Below, piece by piece: positions 10,368-23,942 of a stretch of DNA of 64,000 nt (position 1 is the first letter of the stretch; each line of letters starts with the position of its first letter). This DNA is from Eledone cirrhosa (lineage: Eukaryota), in contig OZ024740.1 of the NCBI GenBank assembly GCA_964016885.1, forward strand, positions 191,394,001-191,458,000. Direction: 5' to 3'. The notes under the pieces are model-generated. The model was not told the DNA's origin. It made no database searches and saw only the letters and a program-made list of their open reading frames with translations. A program made the position numbers and the translations under genes.

Positions 10368-13300
10368 AGAGAGAATGGCTTGGAGATGGCGGGTGTAGTA
10401 TGCCAGACAAGCGAGCCAGTGGGGAATGAAGGTGAAGAGGTCCTGAGAACGGAGGAACCACCCGAAGCAGACAATGATCTGAATACTGAGATAAATAATA
10501 CCTGGAACAGAGATACGGCCACTGAGGAGATGAATGCTGACGGGCTAGGACAAGATTCGGTTGACATCCTAAATTTAGTGGTAGATGAATTGAACAATGA
10601 TAGTGGGAGACCTATGAACCTAAGATTTGTAGACAGGAACAAGTTAAAAGAAACAACAGCTAAGGTAAACGAGGTCATCCAATACCTTGAGGCGATGAGC
10701 CTTCACCAGTGCAACAATATCCTCAAAGCAACAGCAAATACAGTGAGGAAACTACTTGGTATAAAAGCGAGAGGAAACAACAGACAAGAAAGAGCAGAGC
10801 CGTGGTGGAAGAAGCGACTGAGTGGTCAAATCGGGGAAATGAGAAATGACATAGGAAAGCTTGAGTCACTACTGAATGGGACACTAAAAAACATAGGCAC
10901 TAAAAAATAGACTGGAAATAATGTACAAAACTAGGAGGAAAAAGCTAAATATTATCATAGAGGAACTGAAGCAACGCATTGTAGCAAAGAGTGCAAAAAT
11001 CAGGCGATACGAGAACAGAGTCAGTCAGTATAAACAGAACCGCATGTTCGACAACAACCAGAAGATGCTGTTTGGACAGCTTGAGGGGAAAGAAAGAAGC
11101 AACGACTTGATCTCTGGGGCGGAGCAAACTAAAACATTCTGGAGAGGAATATGGGAGCAGGATGTTAGACATAATGTCCAGGCAGGGCGGATTGAGACAG
11201 TACAGAGGGAGATCGGTGAGCAGGCACAACAAACTGATTTGAGTATCACAGTTGAAACTTTTAAGGGGCAGGCCAAAAAACTAACCAACTGGAAATCACC
11301 AGGCCAAGATGGTGTGCAGGGGTATTGGATTAAACATTTAACATCCCTCCACCCGAAGCTGACGGCCATGTTCAATGACTGCTTGGTGTCGTGTCGGTTG
11401 ACAAAAAGTACCACAGTTCTGATAATGAAAGACCGAATCAAGGGTAATGATGTTACCAACTATAGACCTATCACATGTCTGTCCGTAATGTGGAAACTGT
11501 TGACGAGCATTGTGTCTGAGGAAATCTACCATCACCTCCACACAAACAACTTGTTACCGGACGAACAGAAAGGATGCCGAAAGAAGACACGTGGTACAAA
11601 GGACCAGTTACTTATTGATAAGATGGTAATGGGGAATTGCAGGAGGAGACACACTGATCTTGCCATGGGATGGATAGACTACAGAAAGGCATTTGACATG
11701 GTGCCTCATTCTTGGATCACCAAAAGCCTGGAGATCTTCAGGGTGGCAGATAACATCAGACAGTTGCTGGGAAGGAGTATGGGGTCCTGGGAGACAGAGT
11801 TGACATCAACTGGAGTATCCTTGGGAAGCGTGAAGATCAAGAGAGGTATCTTCCAGGGAGATAGCCTGTCCCCTCTGTTGTTTGTCCTTGCCCTGATGCC
11901 ATTGACCATTATGCTGCGAAAAGTGAGAGCAGGATACAAGTTGGGAAAGGGAGAGTTTACCATCAATCACGTCCTCTTCATGGACGATCTTAATCTGTTC
12001 GGGAAAAGTGAGAAGGAGTTGGATGTGCTTGTTGACACTGTCCGTATTTTCAGCAGTGATATATGTATGCAGTTTGGTATTAGTAAATGTGGAGTCATTG
12101 TGATGAGGAGGGGTAAGTTGAGCAGAAGTAACGGGATCCAGATACCAACAGGTGAGATGATAAAGGAAATTGACTCTGAGGAAGGATACAAGTATTTGGG
12201 CGTTCTGGAGGCTGATGGCATAAAGAACAAAAAAATGAAGGAATAGTTAAGAACTGAATACATTCGGAGAGTAAGGAGCGTATTGAAGTCACATCTGAAC
12301 AGCAGAAATGCCATAAGCGCAGTAAATTCCCGAGCTGTGTTTATTATTAGGTACAGTGCGGGAATTCTGAGATGGAATGTTGCTGAACAAAAAGAAATGG
12401 ATAGGAAGACTAGGAAGCTATTGACTATCTACAACATGTTCCACAAGAGGAGTGATGTCGATAGACTCTACCTAACGAGATCTGAGGGTGGAAGAGGTTT
12501 TATCAGCATAGAGGACTGTGTTCGGATGGAGAAAAACAACCTATACAAATACGTGACCTATAGTAAGGAGCCAATGCTCAGAACTGTACTGAATGAGGGG
12601 ACAGTAGGCCAGGGGATGTCCAAGGAGGAAATAACATCAAGGAGGAAGAGCAGCCTTAAGGGAAAATCCCTTCATAGTACCTTCTTTGAGAAAACTGAAT
12701 TTAGAGATCCACAGACATGGAACTCGTTGAGGAGAGGAGACCTCAAAAAGGCTACAGAAGGAATGCTAATGGCTGCGCAGGAGCAGGCCCTCAAAACGAA
12801 GTGGTTGAAGCACCATATTTACAAGAAGGAGGCAAGCCCACTGTGCATGATCTGTGGAGAGAGAGAGGAGACTGTGGCTCACATTGTGTCCGAGTGTAAA
12901 CACCTAGCCCAGACCCACTATAAGGGCTGGAGACACGATGTGATGGGCAGGGTGATCCACTGGCACCTGTGCAAAGTAAACAATTTACCACATTCTGAGA
13001 AATGGTATGAGCATAGGCCAGAGGCGGTGATGGAGAACAATCAGGTGAAGGTGCTGTGGGATTTTAGGATACAGACGGACAAAAAACTGGAACACAATAG
13101 ACCTGACCTGGTGGTTGTGGACAAAGAAAACAGATCGTGTCTGATTGTGGATGTGGCCTGCCCGTTCGACACGAGAGTGCAAGAGAAGGAGAGGGAGAAA
13201 ATTAACCGATACCAGGACCTAAAGTGGGAGGTGAAAAGGATTTGGAACTGCCATGAAGTCAAAGTGATCCCGATTGTCATAGGCACACTGGGGACTATCT

Positions 13301-13493
13301 CCAAAAGTTTCCAGGGATGGTTAAAGAAAATCGGCCCCTTCACGCTTTTTGGAACGCTTCAAAAGGCATGCTTGCTTGGAACAGCAAGAACCCTCCGATA
13401 CGTCCTGAATATCTGAGGCTGCAGGTAGTGGCTTGATATTCATTCCAACGGACTTTCCAGTTAACCAACATCAATGACTGAGATTCAAGGAAT
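10366..13493 (+). mobile_element. R4/Dong-clade non-LTR retrotransposon, family B (probably 5'-truncated)
   Basis: Single RT-RLE ORF. Flanked by (AAT)n and followed by (AAC)n(AAT)n(AAG)n(AAT)n. Confidence 0.92.
10380..13416 (+). pseudogene. RT + CCHC + RLE polyprotein with one frameshift (~10905) and one premature TAG (12244-12246)
   Basis: PWWKKRL, KSPGQDG, NYRPITCL, EQKGC, WIDYRKAFDMVPH, GIFQGDSLSPLLF, FMDDL, CMIC..ETVAHIVSEC, RHD, RPDLVV..D..P..EKINRY. Confidence 0.92.
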
Positions 13494-13505
13494 AACAACA
13501 ACAAC

Positions 13506-13664
<159 letters not shown>

Positions 13665-13713
13665 GGATATAATATGGATCCGAAATTTTATGGGACTTGA
13701 TTCGGTGGTTTAT

Positions 13714-14544
13714 TATATTGTTATATCGCTCAAATATTCACTTTTATGTTATATATTTTGTATTCAAAAAAGAAAATGGTTAGAAATGGAAGAAAACACC
13801 CACTGTCTACACTATATAGAACAGCCATATAACAACAATTTCACCAACACCAGAAACTTGATACACCACCTACCCCATCACACTAAATATAACAGCCAGA
13901 TAACGGCAATTTCACCACCACCACCACCAATCCCAGCATCATAATAATAATTACTATTATTATTGGCTCAAGTTTTAACAAAATGTTTAATTCCAATTTT
14001 ACGGGAATATGTCAACACAATATATATTAAACATACGCGACACACACTCATAGATACTACATATCACAAAACTCATTAATGACAACGCCACCGCCGCCAC
14101 CACTCCATCCATCATTGCTACCACTATCCCATCACCGCCGCCACTACTCCTTCATTGCTACCACCACTATTTCCCTGTTAACTTGAGAGAGAAAGGGGAA
14201 GGTGGCGGTATCACTAGACAAGGGAGAGGCAAGCAAAAGATATAAATAGCTTGACTTACTGACCTGGCCACCGGCCAAACGTCAACATCAATAACTATGG
14301 CACTGCTGGCTCAACCCTTCCTCACCAACAATATAAAAATCCCCAGCACCACCACCGACATAGCCAACAACAATAACAGGCAACTTCAGCAAAAAGTATA
14401 TTATATTATTGTAATGAACTGGGTGATTGCTGGCCTTGTACCTGGAGTGGAGACAATTATTAATAATTTCATTATTAAGCCACGCAATGCTCACATTAAG
14501 GAACCACTCATGATAATAACAATTTAAAAAAAAACAACAAAAAG
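13714..14544 (+). repeat. ~0.83-kb segment upstream of family A, duplicated at ~23082-23942
   Basis: Colinear diverged copies. Includes a SINE 3' fragment (~14410-14462) and (CCA)n-rich tracts. Confidence 0.85.
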
Positions 14545-17500
14545 AAAACCCCGTGACCAAGAAATACCGGGATGGCGGCCGGCGGGGTATAGCCGTATCT
14601 CTAGGGGAGAACGACCCCTCTAGTCTTGGTTGCCACTCGTTCTAGAAGTGGTAACACGAAATGATTACCCCTTGGCGTATAAGGATAAAACGCGACAAAA
14701 TAAAGTAAATGTCTAATGATAAAAGCTCATACCGGATCGGCCGTCACCCGGGTAAAAAAGGGCCGCGTCCCTCAGAGAGGAACCAGACTGGGGTCGAAAA
14801 ATCAGCTAATGGTTCAAACCTTCCCATCACTTCGGAGCTGGAGACCTCCCATAACCGGAATACTCCTACTGTTGGCCCTCCATGCTCACCACCAAGAAAT
14901 CCAAAGAAAAAGAGAGAAAAATGGTCAAGGGAAAATAATAAAGAAGTCCTTGAGGCTTTCTACACTGCCATGTACTACCCATCAAATACATCGAATACGG
15001 AACAGACATATATCAACTGGAAAAAGAAACATCTCGAAAACAGAGGCTATATTGACAGCAACAAACTAGCCAATATACGAAGAAATATTGTAAGAAAAAA
15101 GTTACTAACTGATATAGAAATTGATCAGATCAAGCTATTAGCACAAAATCAGCGAAGGGAAAATGAAACATGTGTCAGTGAAAACGAGGTAAATTGTAAC
15201 ACTTCGAATCCCAGGGTTGGGGCGGAATCACTGGCAACAGAACAAATTAAAGAAAGGATCGAAAAAATGGAGGGAGTGCATGCTCAAGATGAAACTCCAA
15301 ATGAAAATAATGAGATCGTAAATGATAAAGAAATGAATGAGAATGAACTTGCCAACTTGAAGGATGAAATTATGATCGAATGGATGAAAATGAAAGAATC
15401 TGACATGGGGCAACGAGACACCCTCCCTAAGATCCAGAAGTCCAATCAGAACAACAAGATAATACACAAGACTAACATAATTCTCAAAAACATTATCATC
15501 ACAAACAAACTAAACATTACTGATTTAAATCATCTCTATTATGCATCGTCTAAAGTCACTACTCACTTATGGGAGTGAAGATGAAAAAACAAAGGAATTC
15601 CCACAAGAAATCTACTTGGCAAGAGAACATCAATCGCCAAATAAACCCTCTCCGATCTGACATAGAAATTTTAACAAACTATAAAGTAGGTGAATATGTT
15701 AAACAAACTAAACTTAGAAAATTGAGAAAAAAGTACAGTATAAAATCAACAAGTGACATAGACATGCTAATAGAAATAATCAAGCAAAAAGTGTCGGCCA
15801 AAGCTGCTCGTATAAGGCGCTTTGAAAAACGATCTAGATTCTATAAGGACAATAATATGTTCAAAAACAACCAAAGAAAGTTCAACAGAAAAAATTGGTA
15901 AGTCAACAATAACTGCTAAATCAATAGCACCCAAGGAGGAAGTGCAAGAATTCTGGGAAAAGATCTGGGCGCAGAAAATGTTCATAACATACATGCCCCA
16001 TGGATAGACAGACAAATGAAAGATACAGCTCACCTTGAGAAACAAATATGTGAAAACATAACAGTTGAACAGTTGCGCTTGGCTCTAAGAAAAACCAGCA
16101 AATGGAAATCCCCAGGAAAAGAAAAAATACAAAACTTTCGGATAAATGCCTTCACAGAGTCTCATGAGCTGTTAGCCCAACTTTACAATGAAATAGTTAA
16201 GGAGCCAGAAAAGATACCATCATGGCTACTTAACGGCATTACATTCCTGCTGCCGAAGAATGATGAGACAAACAATCCCAAAAATTACAGACCGATAACG
16301 TGCTTGACCAAAATGTATAACATTTTAACATCAGTCCTAACTGAATACACATATGACCACCTGATAACAAATGACATATTTCCCATTGAGCAGAAAGGGT
16401 GTAAACGAGGCTCATATGGCTGTACGGATCAGCTTTTGGTTAACAAAATGATACTGGAAGATTGTCATAATAGACACAAAAATCTATCAATTGCTTGGAT
16501 AGATTATAAAAAAGCATTCGATAGTTTGCCACACAGTTGGATTGAAAAATGTTTAGATTTTCAAAATATCCCCCGTTGTCAGGAGGTTTTTGTCATTCAG
16601 TATGAAGACATGGAAAACGACACTCCTTTTGAATAGGGAAACAAAATCACTGGAAGCTGGAGAAGATAATATTAATTGTGGAATTTTTCAGGGTGACTCT
16701 TTATCACCGCTTTTATTCTGCATCGCACTTATACCATTAAGTAAAATGCTCAATGAAACAAAACATGGATATAAAGTCTATGACAAAACCATTAATCACT
16801 TGTTCTACATGGATAACCTGAAACTATTTGCAAAAAATGATGAACAATCCACTGTGGAGCAGTTCAGTGATGACATTAAAATGGAGTTTGGACAAGATAA
16901 ATGCGCCAAAGCAACGTTCACCAGAGGAAAGCTGCTGAAGAGTTCAGACATTAATCTTGATCGGGGTAACGTGATAAGTGAACTTAATCAAGAAAAAACT
17001 TACAAATATCTAGGTGTTTGTGAAGGAGACGGAATCAAGGACTCGACAATGAGGGAAAGGATAAGGAAGGAATGCTACCGCAGAGTAAGAGCAATCTTAA
17101 GAACGGAATTGAATGCAAGGAGTAGGATCGATGCCAAAAACACGCTTGCCATACCAGTAGTAACCTACAGTTACAATGTCATCAACTGGTCAAGCACAGA
17201 GATCCGTAGGCTCGATAAAAAAATTCGAAAATTCTTAACCATGCACAGAATGCATCACCCTAAGGCAGATACAGATATAATATATCTCCCTAGGAAAGAA
17301 GGAGGACGTGGGTTAATCCAGTTAGACATTGCGTTGAAAACTGCAACAATTGGATTATCTACATATCTAAGGGAATCACATGATTGGATGATCAAACTCG
17401 TTTTGAAACACGAAAGCATGAAAAGTTCATACTCCATTACAAAAGATGCACAATGATACAGTAATGGACTACAAATTTCAGAAGTCCCATTTACTGCTGA

Positions 17501-18448
17501 AATGGAAAACAGAAAAAGCAAAGCAGGTAAATGTAACTGCAAAGAAAGAACTGCTACAGAAACTGGCTAAGAAATGGCAAGAACAGCCTCTGTATGGAAA
17601 ATACCCAGAACGAGCTAACAATCCTGATGTTGACAAAACTTTAACCCACCAGTGTTTGGCATCCTCTGGACAGAAATCGGAGACTGAAGGACTAATTATT
17701 TTTGCACAAGATCAGTGTCTGCCAACAAAAAATGTTCAAGCCAACATAATAAAAAATGGATGCAGCCCATTATGCCGTGTATGCAAAATCAACCAGAGAC
17801 CATTGACCATATAATTTCAAGGTGCAGTCCTATAGCTACAACCGAATACCTAAACAGGCATGACAGAGCTGCACAATACATACATTGGATAATGTGTAAG
17901 CATTTTGACCTGCCCCATCAAAAGCATTGGTGGGAGCATCAACCACATCCCATACTTGAAAAAGATCACATCTCAATCTTGTGTAACTTTAGAATCCAAA
18001 CAGACCGAAAAATAGATGCAAAAAGCCCTGATTTAATATTGAAGGACTTTAAAAAGAGGGTATGCCTGCTAATTGATATGTCCGTTCCAATAGACAAGAA
18101 TGTATCTATGAAAACATTTGAAAAATTGAGCAAGTATAAGGACCTGGAGATAGAAATTTGGAAAAATGTGGAAATTGAGAACTAAAACAATGCCAGTGGT
18201 TGTAAGCGCTCTGGGAATGATACCTAAGGGGTCTAATGATTACTTATCGCAAATCCCAGGAAACCCGCGTATAGGAGAAATACAAAAGATAGTACTAATG
18301 GGAACTGCCCATATACTAAGGAATATTCTGTCAATATAAATACATCACACGTATAAACACTAAATATGCATGTGTGAGTATGTATGTTCTTTCTTGAACA
18401 TGGCGGACCTTGTTATCTCTTGAGGTCACTGGTTGTGACTTGGTGATA
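14545..18448 (+). mobile_element. Near full-length R4/Dong-clade element, family A (3' tail displaced to 25448-25487)
   Basis: Structured 5' UTR, ORF from 14709, 3' UTR identical in layout to the 9864-10003 copy up to TGGTGATA. Confidence 0.92.
14709..18339 (+). pseudogene. Frameshifted RT-RLE polyprotein
   Basis: ORF pieces 14709-15578, 15569-15901, 16016-16636, 16590-17456, 17446-17814, 17715-18185 give KW..E.N N-terminus, NYRPITCL, WIDYKKAFDSLPH, GIFQGDSLSPLLF, FYMDNL, CCHC, RHD, PD..D. Confidence 0.92.
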
Positions 18449-20698
18449 TCAATTTAACCGCTCCGTCCGTCCAGCGCCCGACGACACTGTTGGACGGCAT
18501 GGACCTGCCTCTCCAGGTGCCGAGCTGCAGGCCCACTGACTTTTCCTGGTTGATCATTGCTACTGTCACCGCGTCGTATTCTCTTAGTGTAGTGCCGATC
18601 GCCTCCATGTGTTTGGCGTTTGACACCACTACGGTGACAACGTCCGCATATGCTGACACGGATCTTCCGCATCCTAGTTCGCGCGGGACCCCCCTCAACG
18701 TCTCCAGTTTGTGCAGTAATGGCTCGAGAGTCAATATGTACAATAGGGACGAGAGGGGACATCCTTGGCGGACCGAGCGCATGATGTTGAACGGTTCCGA
18801 AAGGTGACCGTTCACTCTCACTACAGAGCAGATGTCGCTGTGCATGGCAGCGCTCCAGCCTCTGAAGACGGGCCCAAAGCCAGCCGCCCTCAGGACTGCC
18901 GCTAGGTAACGATGGTCGACCCTATCGAAGGCTATCGACTGATTTAAATTGATCAAAGACCCACCCGTGCCAGTTTCCCTAGCTACCGTCTCTACGAAGT
19001 ATCGCATGAGGTGGAGGTTGTCGTGGATGGATCTGTCGGGAATGGCGCATGTCTGTGTCTCTCCCACCAGACCACCAACGACAAGCGCCAACCTCTTTGC
19101 TAGCACCTTGGTCAAAATCTTGAACTCTGTGTTTAGTAGAGTTATGGGCCTAAAATGATCTATGATATCCCCCTTGTTCGGATCCTTTCTCAGCAGCGCC
19201 ACTGCTCCTCGGCTCACAGAGCTGGGAATTTTCCCGTTCTGTTGTCAGTTGCAGTAGACGTCCGCCAAGAGGCCTCCGAACAAGTCTGGCATTTTTACGT
19301 AAAGTTCATAGGGCAGACCATCTAAACCAGGCGATTTACCCCTTGTGCAGCCATTCATTGCCTCCCGTACTTCAGCTGTTGTTATCGGCTTTTCGCAACA
19401 CTCCGCCTCAGTGCCCGAAAGCCGCGGCAGTCCGTCGAGGTAGACACTAAAGTCCATCCCTCGATCCGGCCGGCCACTGCCCCCGAACAGTTGAGCGAAG
19501 TTTCGCTGAAAAGTTTCACACATTTGCCCGTATCGAGTAGCATGCGCCCGTCGAGGTCCACCAAAGACCGTATCGTGGCTTTATTGCCACGACGCGCCTC
19601 CGCCACTCGGGCCCATTGAACGGCTTTCGTCCCCTCGTGTCTGAGAGCACGCACCCTAGCTCTGACAACGCAGCCTTCGTGCTTTGCATTGAAGAATTGG
19701 TCAAGGGCCAATTTCACCGCAAGTAAGTCTGTCGCGATGCCTTTGCTAAGCACCTCGTCTAATTTTCTAACTAATTCTCCCTCTGCTCTATTTTTCTCTA
19801 TTGCTAAAGCCTAACTAAACCTAATGGACTCTATTCTAATTGCTCTTTTCAGAGCAAACCACCACTTGTTGTTGACGATGGCCCCCGTCAACGCCCGCTT
19901 AACTAGTTCGCTAATCCGGTCTCTGTAGGCCTTGCGCGCTGGTAAGGACGCGTTTAGCTTCCAGTAACCGGGTCCTCGTATGAAGCCTATCTAAGTCAAG
20001 CACACAGATCACGAATTTGTGGTCCCTGTAGCTGACTATCTTGAATTGTGGACAGCCTATGCTAGACCTATCTATTTCCCTACAAAATACTCTATCTAGA
20101 CATGATGGGGATGACCCTATGCGATTTGTCCAAGTCCACATTGGTACATTCGGGAAATCCATTCGGTACCTGTCAGACAGTTCAAAACGCCTGAGCAGGT
20201 TGGTGATGCTCTTGCACCCTCCTTCCCTATCCACTAATCCCACACAATCCCCGCGTGCATCTAAGATCCCATTCCAGTCGCCCACTAACGCTAAAGAGCG
20301 GGACGTTCCAAGAAAGGTCTCCAGACGCCGGAAGAAATCAGGCCGCCCTGCTCCTGTCGGGGCATAGACGGCCACTAACCTGAAAGCTTGCCGTCTCCAC
20401 TGGTCACGTCCAGCACCACCAACTTACCTTCTGGGTCCAGGAAGATGGCCCGTATGGCAAGATCCAAACCTCTCCGAAAAAGCACAGCAACTCCTCCCCC
20501 CGATCCCGGACGGCTGGGAAATGCGTACACATCGTAGCCACCGAAGATCGGTGCGAAGGCACGTGCTTCGGAGATTCTGGTCTCGCTGATGGCCACTACA
20601 TCTATGTTTAGTGACCTGAGGTCGTTGAGCAGGTGGCCCTGCTTCCATGACGACCCCAAGCCACGCGCATTTATCCTGCCTATTCTGAGTGAGGTCAT
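18449..20698 (-). pseudogene. ORF2: APE endonuclease + reverse transcriptase (disrupted, truncated)
   Basis: INARGL, SETR, GGVAVL, VYAP, GDWN, TWTN, LDRVF, RDHK; SPGLDGLPYELY, FRPITLLNTEFKIL, AFDRVDH, VRQGCPLS, YADVV. Confidence 0.92.
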
Positions 20699-20744
20699 GT
20701 TGAAAAGGAGTGGAAAAGATGGGAAAAACCACTTACCTTACTTC

Positions 20745-22638
20745 TCATAGGGGAAGGTCGGTTTTTCCATCCTTTTCACTGCTTGTGGCCTCCTCAGGAA
20801 GGATGTCCTTATAAATTCTACTGGAGAGTGCTTGTCGGAAGTCTCCGATGTCTTTGGGGAATTTTTGGTTAAGTGTCATGTACGCTTTCTGTGTAATGCG
20901 AGTGATTTGTATGTGTGAGGTGGTGTGAATTTTGGGGTTGCTGTGTAGTCTTTTTCTGTGATGATGGTGTTGTGTTGGATGTAGTGTAATAATTGCTTGT
21001 TGTTCAAATTTAATGCTGTGTAGTGTGTATCGTTTTGGTTGTTTTGTTTTGTTTGCGTTTGTTGTGGGTTTGTTTCTGTTTCGCATTTTGGTGACTTTTG
21101 TGGTGTAGGTGATTGTGGTGTTGGGGTTAATGATGGTGCTGGTGTTGGTGTTTGGGTTGATGGGGTTGGTGATGCTGGTGTGGATGGTGAAATATCTGTC
21201 CTAACTTTTTTGTTTGTTAATGTATTTGTTTCCCTCTGTATTTTGGGGAAGGAAGAGAATTTGTTTCTTTTTTGGTTTCTTTTTTTTTCCTGATACCGTC
21301 CCACTCCTCGTCGTCACAATCTGTCTCCAGCTGTGATAGGCTGGGGAGTGGAAAATCGTCCACAGGCGTTAGTTTTGGTTGTGGCGTGGTGCATGGTGTA
21401 GGCGCTGGTGCTAGTTCTGAAGCGTTGGGTGGTGGTGGTGTTTGTTTTGCTGGTGGTGGTGGTGTTGGTTTTGATACTGTTGCTGGGGCTGTTGCTGTTA
21501 TAGTTGCTTCTGTTGTTGCTGCTACAGTTGTTGCTGCCATCTCTGCTACTGGTGGTGTTGATGGTTGTGTCACTGGTGTGGGTAGGAGAGGTGGCCTCAA
21601 CCTTTTAGCCTGAGGGCAGAAAGCCATTAGGTGGGTTCCTTCAACACAAACGACACACCTAGGCCTTCTGCCCTCGACAATTACGGTTTAGGTGGCTGCC
21701 CTCAGTGAGGTCTATTACCTCTGGGATCTCCTCAATGCTTTTGTTGGTCCGCTTGGATCAGGAGCTCCATCCCAGATCCGGACAGTTCTCCTGCTTTTCT
21801 TTTGCTATTGCTATTATCTTTGTGTTGGCTTCGATGCCGGCGAGGACGGCCGCTATTAGCCAGGGAATTTCGATGGTCGGTGGAACGTGGGTCACCCTGA
21901 TCTTTACGAGTCTCTGGCCACAATAGCTTGGGACGAGTGTGAAGTCGTCACTTCATAATGGGGCCATGGAGTGTTCTCTAGCCTCCTCTGGTGTTTCAAA
22001 GAACACGTCCACGGTTCCATACTTCTGCCCACGTCTGATGTGGGTTTTTCTTGCCCACACATGTCCCAAAGCTTTTTTGATTTGGGACTCGGATGCCCGT
22101 TCAACTCGGCGTGATTTTACATTTATTGTTCGATACGACACGGTGCATAGGCGCCGATGCTCCATTTTATTAGGTGTGGGGGTGGGGGTGGGGGTGAGAC
22201 TGACCCTCTTTTTTTGGCATCGAACTGTTTTGCTACTCTGGCAAAACTCAGGGTGGTTTTTTTAATGTCATTATTGTTGTTGTTGCTATCGTTATGTTTG
22301 TTATTATTAATTTTAGTTTCAGTTGTGGTGGTGGTGACGTCAGTGAAAGTCGGTTTGGGAGAGTCCATTTTGGTTGAAAATATTTCGACATCACGAGTTG
22401 ATTTATTTTTTCCTTTTGTTTCTGTTGTCGCGGTGGTGGTGGTGGCGGCGGCTTTAACACCTGCAGTCATTGGTAATGGCGGGAAATGAATGTCTGCCTG
22501 AGACAAATTTAAAATATTGCTAGTGCTTAAATTGTTTGTGTTGGAAGACGTATAATCATTTACAATAGTGGTGTCGGTGTGAGGTGTTAATTTGTGAGAA
22601 AGGCTTTCAGCTGCTTGGTGCAGTGGTGAATTAGCCAT
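20745..22638 (-). pseudogene. ORF1: RRM-like region, CCHC knuckle, Pro/Thr-rich linker (disrupted)
   Basis: VEGRRPRCVVCVEGTHLMAFC (CX2CX4HX4C) at ~21680-21615. Homologous to the ORF1 at 26095-28195. Confidence 0.8.
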
Positions 22639-22848
22639 TTTTCTTTCAAAGAAATTTTTTGAAAATCATAAAAGTTTAAATTTTGGGCACAAGGCCCCAA
22701 TCTTTTTGGGTGTCCTTTTCGGAAAACAATGTATGTGCGCTTATATATAGTTAACAATAAAAATTTTCCATAAATGGCAATTTTTAACAAACGGAAATAA
22801 CAAACCTTTGCGGAGCTCACGATGATACGATTTACTACGTAGGTCGCC

Positions 22849-22928
<80 letters not shown>

Positions 22929-23942
22929 GTAGAAGGTAGAAGGTAGAATGGTAGAAGGTCATGAAATCGCTCCCGTAAGTTTTTGATTTTTAACATATTT
23001 AAATCAATTGTGAAATAACAATTCTTAGTACAAATGATGCATAAATCACCGAATCAAGTCTCATAAAAATTCGGATCCATAATATATTGTTATATCGCTC
23101 AAATATTCAATTTTGTATTATATATTTTATATTCAAAAAAGAAAATGGTTATAAATGGAAGAAAACCCCCTCTGTCTACACTATATAGAGCAGCCAATTA
23201 ACAGCAATTTCACCAACACCAGAAACTAGATACACCACCTACCCCATCAACCCGCTGTGTACACTAAATATAACAGCCAGATAACGGCAATTTCACCACC
23301 ACCACCACCAATCCCAGCATAATAATAATAATTATTATTATTATTGTCTCACGTTTTAACAAAATGTTTAATTCCAATATTAGGAAAAATATGTCGACAC
23401 ATATATTAAACATACGCGACACAAACGCATAGACACTACAAATAAAACAAAACTACAGTCTATTCAACAAAATACAGCAACGACAACGCCTCCGCCGCCA
23501 CCACTCCATCAATCTTTGCTACCACTATCCCATCAACGCCGCCACCACTCCTTCAATGCTAGCACCACTATTCCCCATTACCTTATGTTAACTTAAGAAA
23601 GGGGAAGTTGGCGGAATCACTAGACAAGGGAGGTGCTAGCAAAAGATATAAATAGATTGACTTAGTGACCCGGCCACCGGCCAATCGTCAACAACTATGG
23701 CTCTGCTGGCTCCCCCTTCCCCACCAACAATATAAAAAGCCCCAGCATCAGCACCGACATAGCCAACAACAATAACAGGCAACTTCAGCAAAAGGTATAT
23801 TATATTATTGTAATGCACTGTGTAATTGCTGGACTTGTGCCAGGAGTGGAGAAAATTATTAATAATTTCATTATTAAGCCACGCAATGCTCACATTAAGG
23901 ACCCACTCATGATAATAACAATTTAAAAAAACAATAAAAAAG

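Larger units (their letters stand above)
18449..22848 (-). mobile_element. Tx1/L1-clade non-LTR retrotransposon, 3'-truncated
   Basis: Two-ORF layout. The 5' end abuts (TTA)n at 22849. Confidence 0.9.
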
